A stretch of DNA of 49,403 nt from Erysipelotrichia bacterium (GTDB taxonomy: Bacteria > Muiribacteriota > Ozemobacteria > Ozemobacterales > Ozemobacteraceae), in NCBI GenBank assembly GCA_009928855.1, contig SABV01000001.1:1-49403 (forward strand), read 5' to 3'. Below, piece after piece: positions 1 to 8,147 of this stretch. Made by a program: the position numbers and the translations under genes. A model generated the notes under the pieces. The model worked only from the letters and a program-made list of their open reading frames with translations, was not told the DNA's origin and did not search any database. Within the stretch, counting starts at the first letter, position 1; each line of letters starts with the position of its first letter.

Positions 1-26
1 GCGTTGTGATGGCAGGTTGTTTTATA

Positions 27-2696
27 TCACTCTTGCTGCTCAGGCTTTTTCGGCTCTTCCGGAAAAAGCTTGATAATCATAACAAGCAGCAGAGCCGTCA
101 CCAGACCAAGAACCAGGTAAATTCCCCAGCCCCGATCGCTAAAGGCTTCATCCAGCTGGCGACTAATCTGCCCCGCAGAACTGTATTCGGCTGTTTCAAG
201 CAGTTGCAGGCGTTGAGGCTCTTTTTTAAGCATATTATCTTTTATAAGTGCCAGATCGTATCTTGGTGCCCCTGCTTTTGCATTGCCACCGTAAACTTTG
301 TATTCTCCGGCCTGACTGGCCTGAAACAACATGGTTTGACTTTGATATGAGGCTTTAATTGCAGTCAAACTGACAGGACTGTTGTCACCATGGTCTATCA
401 CCAGACGCAAATCTTTTTCACCTTCGGGAAGGCGGTCAATAGAAATTTTGTGGTTGGAAGAGCCGTCTGAGCGATTCACCCATGAGTTTTTTTTGAATAT
501 CTTCCAGCCCAGCTTGCCGGGTTTACGAATTTCAAGAACCATATTTCTGCTAAAAACACCTGCTGCTGATAATTCAAGCTCGCGCCATTGTTTTGAAGCG
601 GCAGGCAGGCTGATTTCATAATACGAGGTATTGTTGTCACGGTTGTATTGCATAGTAGAAGCAATATCGAGAGACGTTTCGATGCTGTTGCCAAAAAAGA
701 ATGGAACCTGCTGGGCGTTATGTACCAGACGCATTCCCTTCGGATTATTATCGAGCGCAGCTTTAAGATTAAGACCAAGCTGATAAAAGCCCTCAATCGG
801 CACAGAGAATGTCGCAACCCACGAATAACCCGCATCTACGAAAGGAGCGCCTTGATCAACATGCGCACTCCCGCTGCCAACAGACATATCAATAGCCTCG
901 CATGCCCCCGGATGCACTTTTGCAGGCACCGTTTCAGCGAGAGCATCTTCGACCATTGCCAGATCATAAATCGGTGCTCTGACTTTAGGGTTGCCACCTG
1001 TAAGAAAAAAAGTTCCCGGTTCATCGACAATAAAGAAAAGATCCTGGGCGGTATAAAACCCCTTATAGCCAGCAATTTCGATTGGCCGATTATTGCCATG
1101 ATCAATGTACATCCTGATTTCATGTTGATCTTCAGGAAAATTCACCAGACTCAGGTTGAAAGTGCTCTCGTTGTCGCTATTATTGCTCCAGATGCGGCTC
1201 ATCCAAGGCTGCCAACTGATCTCGCCCGGCTCATGTTTTTCAAAAAAGAGTGTTCTGTTAAACACGCCTGTTGACTTGAATCTGACAGCCGAAAGTCGCA
1301 CAGAATCGGCCGGCAGCTTGATAATATAAACGCTGCGGTTAGCAGCAGACTCATAAGAACTCTCAACCTTGATATCAAATTCACGCAACTCCGGAACACC
1401 AGGAAAATAAGGCACCTGGGTATCATTACTGACGATTCGCCACGAATCACGGTATTTGTCGAGACTGATCTGTTCGCTGGTCTGAAGCTGATAAAAGCCC
1501 GGCTTATCGACACTGAAAGCAGATTTCCAGGTATAGCCATCGCTATTAAACGGAGCGCCTTTGGCGCTGTAGTTTTTAAGCAGATTTTCGGCCTGCCATT
1601 CAGGATTGTCAAAAGAAGTTGAGAATTCTAAGAGCTTGGCAGAGGTTATGCTGGTTGTTTCTGGAGCGTTTAAAACACTCGCTGCTTTATCAAGGCCAGT
1701 CTGCAGAAAATATTCACCCGATTGATCTGCAACGAACAGCATTCTCGGAAGAACTACATTAACCTTTATCTGCTCTATCTTTCCGAAAAAATTATCAGAT
1801 TTAAGCCTTACCAGCATTGTTCTTTTATCCCAGACTCCGGGCAAATCAATCACAAGCCTTTTCGGTTCATCGCCAACAGAAGTTGCTTCGCCAACGGTTA
1901 CTGGCATAAAATCACGTTTTCCAAGATGAATTTTTTCACGCCCAACTTGCCAGTCACCCTTAAACTGAGCAGAAGTAAAAATTTCGACAGTTTCTATTCT
2001 GAGGCCGGAACCAGGCAAAAAGATACGTGCTTCCAGACCGTCTTCGATAGAGGCCTGTTCGATCTGAGGCATAACCACCGACCTGGCAAAGTCGCTGCCC
2101 TGCTTTTTCGCAGAGACTTCAGCAGCTTTTACAAAAACCGGAGTTTTTTTAAAGTGCCTGTCAAATCCGGTAAAATAACATCTTATTCTTTCATATTGTG
2201 CGGCGGGAAACACAATCGAAGCCACGCTGCCCGCATTATCCGGAGCCAGCATGGTACCGGTTGCCAATACTGACCATTGCCCTGCAATGAGACCTTCAAA
2301 ATCAACCTTGCCGGTATAATTGCTGCCAGAAACAGTAATTTTTAACGAACTATAATCATGGCCTTGCGGAAGAGATGCTTCCCAGAGGATGCGACGGTCA
2401 TTGAGCAAAGTCGCTTTTTCGGCAGTCAGTTGAATAACCTGCGAATCCCCTGCTGATTTCCAGAATAATTCAAAAGCCCTCAAATTTCCGTCGGGCCCTA
2501 CCAGTGAGATGTCGAGAGTGTTGTTTTTTGTGAGCCCAGAGTAAGATCGATGCAGTTGCGGCAAAACAACAGTCTCAACCAGACCGGGCTGAGAAACCTG
2601 CAATGGCGCACGCGTCATCCAGCGCTCTGCCGCAGGAAGCCCGGTTGAAACAGTCAGAATAGCCAATAACACAACAATAAATATTTTATTTTTCAT
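27..2696 (-). CDS. Secreted, C-terminally membrane-anchored protein, DUF3999-like, with internally repeated module (889 aa)
   Basis: Signal peptide MKNKIFIVVLLAILTVSTGLPAA. A single C-terminal TM (GIYLVLGLVTALLLVMIIKLF) is followed by a charged tail. Its start overlaps the 3' end of the upstream polytopic membrane gene by 11 nt. The pairing and architecture recall the DUF2339/DUF3999 gene pair (recalled from memory, not searched). Confidence 0.7.
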   Translation of the reverse strand: MKNKIFIVVLLAILTVSTGLPAAERWMTRAPLQVSQPGLVETVVLPQLHRSYSGLTKNNTLDISLVGPDGNLRAFELFWKSAGDSQVIQLTAEKATLLNDRRILWEASLPQGHDYSSLKITVSGSNYTGKVDFEGLIAGQWSVLATGTMLAPDNAGSVASIVFPAAQYERIRCYFTGFDRHFKKTPVFVKAAEVSAKKQGSDFARSVVMPQIEQASIEDGLEARIFLPGSGLRIETVEIFTSAQFKGDWQVGREKIHLGKRDFMPVTVGEATSVGDEPKRLVIDLPGVWDKRTMLVRLKSDNFFGKIEQIKVNVVLPRMLFVADQSGEYFLQTGLDKAASVLNAPETTSITSAKLLEFSTSFDNPEWQAENLLKNYSAKGAPFNSDGYTWKSAFSVDKPGFYQLQTSEQISLDKYRDSWRIVSNDTQVPYFPGVPELREFDIKVESSYESAANRSVYIIKLPADSVRLSAVRFKSTGVFNRTLFFEKHEPGEISWQPWMSRIWSNNSDNESTFNLSLVNFPEDQHEIRMYIDHGNNRPIEIAGYKGFYTAQDLFFIVDEPGTFFLTGGNPKVRAPIYDLAMVEDALAETVPAKVHPGACEAIDMSVGSGSAHVDQGAPFVDAGYSWVATFSVPIEGFYQLGLNLKAALDNNPKGMRLVHNAQQVPFFFGNSIETSLDIASTMQYNRDNNTSYYEISLPAASKQWRELELSAAGVFSRNMVLEIRKPGKLGWKIFKKNSWVNRSDGSSNHKISIDRLPEGEKDLRLVIDHGDNSPVSLTAIKASYQSQTMLFQASQAGEYKVYGGNAKAGAPRYDLALIKDNMLKKEPQRLQLLETAEYSSAGQISRQLDEAFSDRGWGIYLVLGLVTALLLVMIIKLFPEEPKKPEQQE

Positions 2697-5600
2697 TTAC
2701 TTCTCCCCCGGATTTTGTCAAAAACCGCTGGTAAAGGTACGAAACAAGCATCATGATGACCGCAAGACCAACAAACGAGGCCACCCGATACAGTTGCCCC
2801 AGTGACCAGAGATCTTTGAGAAATATTTTAAGTGAAGTAACAAGAATCAGCACCAAAGCAGCCTGACGTGCTCTCACGGCATTCCATCTTATGCCCGCCG
2901 CAAGCAGAGCAATTGCATAAAACAGCCAGCCCAGGCTATAACCAAGTTGATGCGAGAGGCTTCCCCGTGTCATAAGGCTAAAAGAGCGCCCGGCCTGACC
3001 AAACACGCTGGCGATCTCTATGTTGGTAACATAAAACACCATTAACGCCAGAGTAGTTGCAAACAGCGGGCGCGGAGGCAAAGATTCAAGCGGCCATTTT
3101 TCGTCAGGTTCGCGGCGCGTCAACCACGCCAGAACACCGATAACAAATGCGAACAGCAAGGTTGGGCGATTAAATAATGGTGTCATTGCACCAAACTCAT
3201 CGCTGAACCTGAACGGAAAGAGCATTGTTCGCAAAAGCCCGAGAGCAAGCAAAACCAGCGCGGCAATCCTGAAGGGTCTGTCGAGGCGCTTCGGCCAGAG
3301 AAGCATCACGAGACCGTAAACTATCCAGGCAGCTGCTGAACTAAGAGCCATAGATGCTGTTTTGGCCTGAAAAAGATCAAAAGGCAGACCCGGTTGTAAA
3401 ACCGTAGCTTTTAGCAGTTTTAAAGCCAGTACACCCGTGACAAGAAGCATGGCGAGAAAGAAATTTTTGATGCTCATGGAGCTTTCTACCCACGGTTCTG
3501 TCATAAACAAATAGAGAAGAACCATTATAATCGGCAGATATGCCACCAGAGCAAGATTAAAAACCGGCCCCATCATTGCTACAGCATAGCCATATTTGAA
3601 TGGGAAAGCGATCAGCCACAATACGCACAAACACAGCAGAATCATGCCAAAAATGCGTATACCCAGAGGCATATCTTTTTTACGCCACAGAATTGCGCCA
3701 AACAAAGCCCACAAAGACATGTAGACTATTGAATGCAGAATATTACCGGCAGGCAAAAACTTTATAGTCGCGCCGGAAGCGACATGTGAACCGGTAAATA
3801 TATCGGCAATGGCGAGATTTACCAGATAAAAACCAGTACCGACCGCCAGCCACGTGAAGTAATTTTTGATACTGTATCTGCCAAGCTGATCATCAGGATG
3901 CGCAGCGAGTTTCGCTGCGGCAAACAAAGCCAGTGCGGCAACCAGAACCGATAATACAGCAGGATTCAAAATAATTATGCTGTCGGGGCCTTTCATTTGA
4001 GGCAGATAAGAGACCAGCAGATATAAGCCAACAGGAGCCATCAGAGAGGCAACGCGGCGCAGTCCGTTATGCTCAACGCGGTGATTCAGCCAGAGCAGGG
4101 CTACCGACTCAATAACCAGCACCAGACCGAGCCAGCCGTTTTCCAGAAGCAGGAACGGTATCAGAGAAATATAAAATAGAAGCACGCCACCATGGCAGGC
4201 GAGAATACTATTGCGTTCAGGAGCACCATCAAGCTGTTTCACAAGCTGCGCAACCAGTGGAAACTTTAAGAAGGCAAGAATGAGAGGTAGCCAGCCTGAA
4301 ACTTCGCGTGCCCACATGTGATCTGCGGCATAAACAAAGAAAATACCCTGAGCCAGTTCAAAAATAGACCAGCTCATCCAGACTTTTCTGGAAAGCGAAA
4401 ATTCTTTTAATGCAAAGAATGGCAAAAGCAAAGATGCCACAAATAAGGCACCAGACCAGAGCATTGAAACCAAAGGCTGCCCAGCCGAACCGATATCTGG
4501 CCGTAATGCCCAGAATGCCTGGGCAAAAGCAGCAGAAAGAAGAGTTATGACACTCATATACTGAAAATTCATGCGACGGCTCAAAATCATGGCGATCGTC
4601 ATGAAACAGACCATGGTGAACATTCCGGGGTTCGGATTCATAGGCGTAGCCATTGCAAATGCAGTGGCCAGCAACACAAAAATACCCATAATCGGCGAAG
4701 CAGCCATCCATTCGGTCATCGCGGGGCTGACAGTAATACGCTCTGAGATTTCGGGGTCTATTTTAAGTGTAGCCCCCCACTCTACCGCTTTAACGAGGCA
4801 GAAGAAGGTTACAAGGCATATCAGCGCCCCGGCAAAAAGGATGAAGCCGTAAAAAGCATAGGGCAGAACGAATGGTGAGCCGCCGGTCAAAAAAATCAGA
4901 CCAGCAAGAACGAGAATCAGAGCCATCGCCCCCAACTGCGGAATTGCTCCAAAAATCATGCTGACTACAATACCGATCAACTGCAGGCCCAGCGCCATCG
5001 GCCAAAAAAGGAAAGACATTTTCGGAGTAAAAAAGAGAGCAAGCAACATTAGAGCACCGACAGCAACCGGAAATACCCTGAACCAAGTAAGGAAATTGCG
5101 ACTCAAGCCATTTTTATAGATCAAAAGAACCGGCCCGGCACCGCCAGCAAGACCGTAGATAAAAAACGCAAGAAATGCCCAGTTAGAGCTGCCAGCATTA
5201 AAACGCACCAAAGTCCATAAAGCGGCAACCACAAAGGTTAGAGTTGAGTAAGGTATTACATCATCATGCCAGCTGACCTGTCTGAAAGCTAAAGCCACAG
5301 CAATTGTAACAGCCGCAGCCATCATCATCATCGGCGCTGATGACGCATAAGTAAAAATAACAGGCAAAGCAACCAGCGGCATTGCAATAAACAAAAGTCT
5401 GCCAGACCATCTGACAGATTTACTTAAAAGAGGTTCTGCCTTGAGCAGGTCGAGAAACAATGCGAACAAAGCCAGATTACCCGCCCATGCAATAGCTATC
5501 GAAACTGCTTCCGGGCGAGGTGAAGACAAAAAAGTACCGCATGCCAGCGAAAGCATTGTGCCAACAGAAGCAAACAAGAGCAGAGCATTTGATTCAAGGC

Positions 5601-6684
5601 GTTTGACAACCTGGTAAATACCTGCATTAACCAGCGCCAGATAGGCAAAGAGCGAAACAACACCGCCCTGCCCGGTTGTTACAAGCAAAGGTGTCAGATA
5701 AGCACCGATTCCACCCAGAACTGATATTGAAATACCTCGATGAAAAATTGCCAGAACGAATGCGGAAGCCGAAACAATTGTCAACGAAAAGAAACCCGGC
5801 ACTCGCGGTAAATACTCATAATAAAGGGTTGCAGCAAAAAATACAGAGTAAAGAACGCCAATACCTCCGGCGGCGAAAGTCTGCCGCATGGTATCGTAGC
5901 GTCCGCGTTCAAACCAGCACGATGCGCCAATCATACCCAGACCAACAACGGCACCAATTACCAGCCGCATGATCGGCGAAATTAAGTTGCGGTCGATAGA
6001 ATATTTTACAAAAAAACCGGCTCCGATAAACAGGGCAATACCACCGAGCCAGGCAAACAGCATAGTGCCGGTGAATTGTTCCCAGTCGACGCCTGCTTTA
6101 AAACGGCGCCAGCTTTCACCCCAGTCATTGTCATCAGGCTTGCGGGGGCCACCACCGTTACCTCCTGAAGCAGCAGAAGACAACGTTTCAGGCTTGGGGG
6201 GCACGCCATTAGGGGCATGAGAATCCTGTTTGGACACTTTTTTATGGGCGGCCTGAGCCTCTTTTTTGGCCGAATCAAGCCATTCATATTTTTGTTCTTC
6301 GGTTAGCGGGGGTTCAGAAGGTTTTACCTCCCTGTTACATTCATCAACAGGCTTCGCTGGCGCTTCAATCTTCTCTACAATCGCAGGCTTTTTACCTGGC
6401 TGAACAAAGCTTATTGAATTAAAATCAGGCTCAACAGGCGTCAATGGCAGAAGATTTTCAGCAAGATGAGATTTTAGGTCTTGTGAAGTGTTCTCTGAGA
6501 CGATATTAGTTGCAGATGGCTGTCGCTGACTGTATAAATCTTTCTTAAGCAAGGTAACCTGTTTTTTTAAAAGGCCGACCTTTGACTCGAGAGTCGAGAT
6601 TTTCTCTTCGAGCTCACTTTTTATCAGAGTTACTCTACGTACAACCAGATAAATTATAAACAGCCATAAAAGGATTTCCAGCAT
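2686..6684 (-). CDS. Very large polytopic membrane protein, DUF2339-like (1332 aa from ATG 6684)
   Basis: N-terminal TM, then a heptad coiled coil (LEEKISTLESKVGLLKKQVTLLKKDL), a P/E/K-rich linker, and about 1100 aa of consecutive hydrophobic helices. The track start at 6777 is rejected: a terminator hairpin (6769-6794) and a TGnTATAAT box (6722-6730) lie inside that extension. ATG 6684 is preceded by GGGGG. Confidence 0.75.
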   Translation of the reverse strand: MLEILLWLFIIYLVVRRVTLIKSELEEKISTLESKVGLLKKQVTLLKKDLYSQRQPSATNIVSENTSQDLKSHLAENLLPLTPVEPDFNSISFVQPGKKPAIVEKIEAPAKPVDECNREVKPSEPPLTEEQKYEWLDSAKKEAQAAHKKVSKQDSHAPNGVPPKPETLSSAASGGNGGGPRKPDDNDWGESWRRFKAGVDWEQFTGTMLFAWLGGIALFIGAGFFVKYSIDRNLISPIMRLVIGAVVGLGMIGASCWFERGRYDTMRQTFAAGGIGVLYSVFFAATLYYEYLPRVPGFFSLTIVSASAFVLAIFHRGISISVLGGIGAYLTPLLVTTGQGGVVSLFAYLALVNAGIYQVVKRLESNALLLFASVGTMLSLACGTFLSSPRPEAVSIAIAWAGNLALFALFLDLLKAEPLLSKSVRWSGRLLFIAMPLVALPVIFTYASSAPMMMMAAAVTIAVALAFRQVSWHDDVIPYSTLTFVVAALWTLVRFNAGSSNWAFLAFFIYGLAGGAGPVLLIYKNGLSRNFLTWFRVFPVAVGALMLLALFFTPKMSFLFWPMALGLQLIGIVVSMIFGAIPQLGAMALILVLAGLIFLTGGSPFVLPYAFYGFILFAGALICLVTFFCLVKAVEWGATLKIDPEISERITVSPAMTEWMAASPIMGIFVLLATAFAMATPMNPNPGMFTMVCFMTIAMILSRRMNFQYMSVITLLSAAFAQAFWALRPDIGSAGQPLVSMLWSGALFVASLLLPFFALKEFSLSRKVWMSWSIFELAQGIFFVYAADHMWAREVSGWLPLILAFLKFPLVAQLVKQLDGAPERNSILACHGGVLLFYISLIPFLLLENGWLGLVLVIESVALLWLNHRVEHNGLRRVASLMAPVGLYLLVSYLPQMKGPDSIIILNPAVLSVLVAALALFAAAKLAAHPDDQLGRYSIKNYFTWLAVGTGFYLVNLAIADIFTGSHVASGATIKFLPAGNILHSIVYMSLWALFGAILWRKKDMPLGIRIFGMILLCLCVLWLIAFPFKYGYAVAMMGPVFNLALVAYLPIIMVLLYLFMTEPWVESSMSIKNFFLAMLLVTGVLALKLLKATVLQPGLPFDLFQAKTASMALSSAAAWIVYGLVMLLWPKRLDRPFRIAALVLLALGLLRTMLFPFRFSDEFGAMTPLFNRPTLLFAFVIGVLAWLTRREPDEKWPLESLPPRPLFATTLALMVFYVTNIEIASVFGQAGRSFSLMTRGSLSHQLGYSLGWLFYAIALLAAGIRWNAVRARQAALVLILVTSLKIFLKDLWSLGQLYRVASFVGLAVIMMLVSYLYQRFLTKSGGEVNEK

Positions 6685-6721
6685 GGAAGAGCCCCCACTC
6701 TGATATTTTGTTTGCAGGGTA

Positions 6722-6730
6722 ATTATATCA
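6722..6730 (-). promoter_or_regulatory. Candidate extended -10 promoter (TGaTATAAT) for the DUF2339-like gene
   Basis: The minus strand reads gTGaTATAATtaccc about 38 nt upstream of ATG 6684, just downstream of the RRM-gene terminator. Confidence 0.4.
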
Positions 6731-6761
6731 CAGCTGTGCAGCCAACGCTTGATTTCTAAAA

Positions 6762-6800
6762 AGAAAAACCGCCACAACCTTGAGGCTGCGGCGGATTTTT
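6762..6800 (-). terminator. Rho-independent terminator of the RRM protein gene
   Basis: Minus-strand RNA forms CCGCCGCA-(10 nt loop)-UGUGGCGG (8 bp including one G-U), followed by UUUUUCUUUUU. It starts about 20 nt after the stop codon at 6816-6818. Confidence 0.7.
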
Positions 6801-6815
6801 AGCTGTTAATCGAAA

Positions 6816-7091
6816 TTAATAGCGTGAAGGTCTGCGAGCTGGGCGCTCTTCACGGGGCTTGGCTTCGTTAACTTTGAGGCCACGGCCGTTAATTTCTTTG
6901 TTGTTGAGCTGAGCGATTGCGTTTTCAGCATCAGTCTTTGAGGGCATTTCAACAAAACCAAAACCCTTTGATCTGTTAGTTTCGCGTTCAATAATAACAT
7001 TGGCGCTGGTCACTTCACCATAGGGGGTGAAAAGTTCTTCAAGTTCTGCATCGCGAACACTATAGGGCAGGTTTCCAACATAAATCTTCAT
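6816..7091 (-). CDS. RNA-binding protein with a single RRM (RNP-1/RNP-2) domain and basic tail, 91 aa
   Basis: RNP-2 IYVGNL and RNP-1 KGFGFVEM motifs. RBS AGGAGAAC lies upstream of the ATG. Confidence 0.95.
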   Translation of the reverse strand: MKIYVGNLPYSVRDAELEELFTPYGEVTSANVIIERETNRSKGFGFVEMPSKTDAENAIAQLNNKEINGRGLKVNEAKPREERPARRPSRY

Positions 7092-7186
7092 TCAAAAGTT
7101 CTCCTAAGAAATTTCACACTTACTCACTCTATCCCGGGGAATCGTATCGGTAACTCGGTCAATATCGTTCATAATTGCGTAGGCTT

Positions 7187-7215
7187 ATAGTAACAGATAT
7201 TCAATACAAACACAA
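7187..7215 (-). promoter_or_regulatory. Candidate sigma70 promoter of the RRM gene (TTGTGT-17-TACTAT)
   Basis: Hexamers read on the minus strand. This placement would give a 5' UTR of roughly 90 nt. There is no independent support. Confidence 0.3.
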
Positions 7216-7304
7216 GCTTTTTAAAAAATATTTTTTCTAAATCCTGCTAATAATCAGTAACTACAAAATTCACAGTATTTTGACAAATATTCGATAAAAT
7301 AGCC

Positions 7305-7342
7305 AAAAAAAAAGCGCCCCGGCTAACCGGGACGCTTTTTTT
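7305..7342 (-). terminator. Rho-independent (bidirectional-looking) terminator after the small secreted protein gene
   Basis: GCGCCCCGG-CTAA-CCGGGACGC stem-loop (one mismatch), flanked by A9 on one side and T7 on the other. It lies 25 nt from the stop at 7367. Confidence 0.75.
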
Positions 7343-7366
7343 GCCTTAAATCGATCTAACGATCAA

Positions 7367-7822
7367 TTATTCAGTAGCAGCGGGAGCGTCAGTAGCTGCT
7401 GGAGCGTCAGTAGCAGCGGGAGCATCAGTAGCGGCCGGAGCTGCAGCTTCTACACATTCTGCAACCTGAAGAGTATCCATCAGTTCGCCTTCAGCTGCGG
7501 GAACCAAAGTGCCTTTAACGGTAACGTTTTTGCCGTTGGCTTTTTCGATTTCAGCAAGCTTTGCAGCGTCAGCGATAACAAGCTTAAGAGCTTTTTCGCC
7601 GAGATCAAGAATGATTGTTGCAGCTGTTTCGTTATTTTCAACATCAGCGGGGGTTACTTCAAGAACACCAGTGAATTCTGCCATAGCGGGGGCAGCAACT
7701 TCTTCAGTAGCGGCGGGAGCAACAACTTCAGTGGCGGCTGCCGGAACGGCATCCTGAGAAAAAGAAACACCAGCGGTGAGAACGAAACATACAGCAACCA
7801 GAAGACCAAACAATTTGCGCAT
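7367..7822 (-). CDS. Small secreted protein with APAAT[DE] repeats, function unknown (151 aa from ATG 7822)
   Basis: Perfect RBS AGGAGGAG before ATG 7822. Signal peptide MRKLFGLLVAVCFVLTAGVSFSQ. The track start at 7858 has no RBS. Confidence 0.85.
   Translation of the reverse strand: MRKLFGLLVAVCFVLTAGVSFSQDAVPAAATEVVAPAATEEVAAPAMAEFTGVLEVTPADVENNETAATIILDLGEKALKLVIADAAKLAEIEKANGKNVTVKGTLVPAAEGELMDTLQVAECVEAAAPAATDAPAATDAPAATDAPAATE
7370..7441 (-). repeat. Four tandem 18-nt coding repeats (APAATD/E x4) at the 3' end of the CDS
   Basis: Units at 7370-7387, 7388-7405, 7406-7423 and 7424-7441 differ only at a few positions. Confidence 0.9.
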
Positions 7823-8147
7823 TTTAAAACTCCTCCTGTGACTTAATGACCAATTCAAAATTTAAATCCGTTTGACCTGGCTCATCAAAGAACCTCGGAT
7901 TTATGGGGGCGATTATACTCCCGGTTTTCTTTTATACATATTCGGGTTTAGTGATAATTAATTGCGAAATTAGACGATTGTACCGGTTTTAGAAGCTTTT
8001 AGATTCCGTTGCTCAATTTATCGAATTTTTTCACAAGGTACCCCCCGTCGGGTATCTATCATAAGATTTTATTGATTGCCTGTGTCGCCACTTATAGCAG
8101 AAGAGTGAATAAGCGCACAGAAAACCTACGGGAACAGCGTCTTTCGG

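Noticed and set aside
648-2273. Plus-strand ORFs (648-1274, 1722-2273) and many similar antisense ORFs in the track (e.g. 4571-4852, 15176-15697, 27850-28515, 29948-30688, 31830-32501, 43697-44095)
   Set aside because: They lie entirely inside long, motif-supported genes on the opposite strand. They lack RBSs and have low-complexity or odd composition. They are typical shadow ORFs.
6685-6777. N-terminal extension of the DUF2339-like ORF (track start 6777)
   Set aside because: The extension contains the RRM-gene terminator hairpin and a TGnTATAAT box. The internal ATG 6684 starts exactly at the first TM helix. Similar over-long track starts were trimmed at 7858, 24922, 27884, 31752, 37766, 39410, 46280 and 46317 on RBS and signal-peptide grounds.
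7370-7441. Tandem 18-nt repeats as a possible CRISPR or other non-coding array
   Set aside because: There are no spacers. The repeats are directly adjacent, in frame, and encode APAATD units inside a CDS. No CRISPR-like array was seen anywhere in the window.
8039-8147. Possible terminator downstream of pseudopilin module I
   Set aside because: Only short imperfect stems (GGTACCC/GGGTATC, AACC/GGTT) are present, without a U-tract. This is not enough to call.
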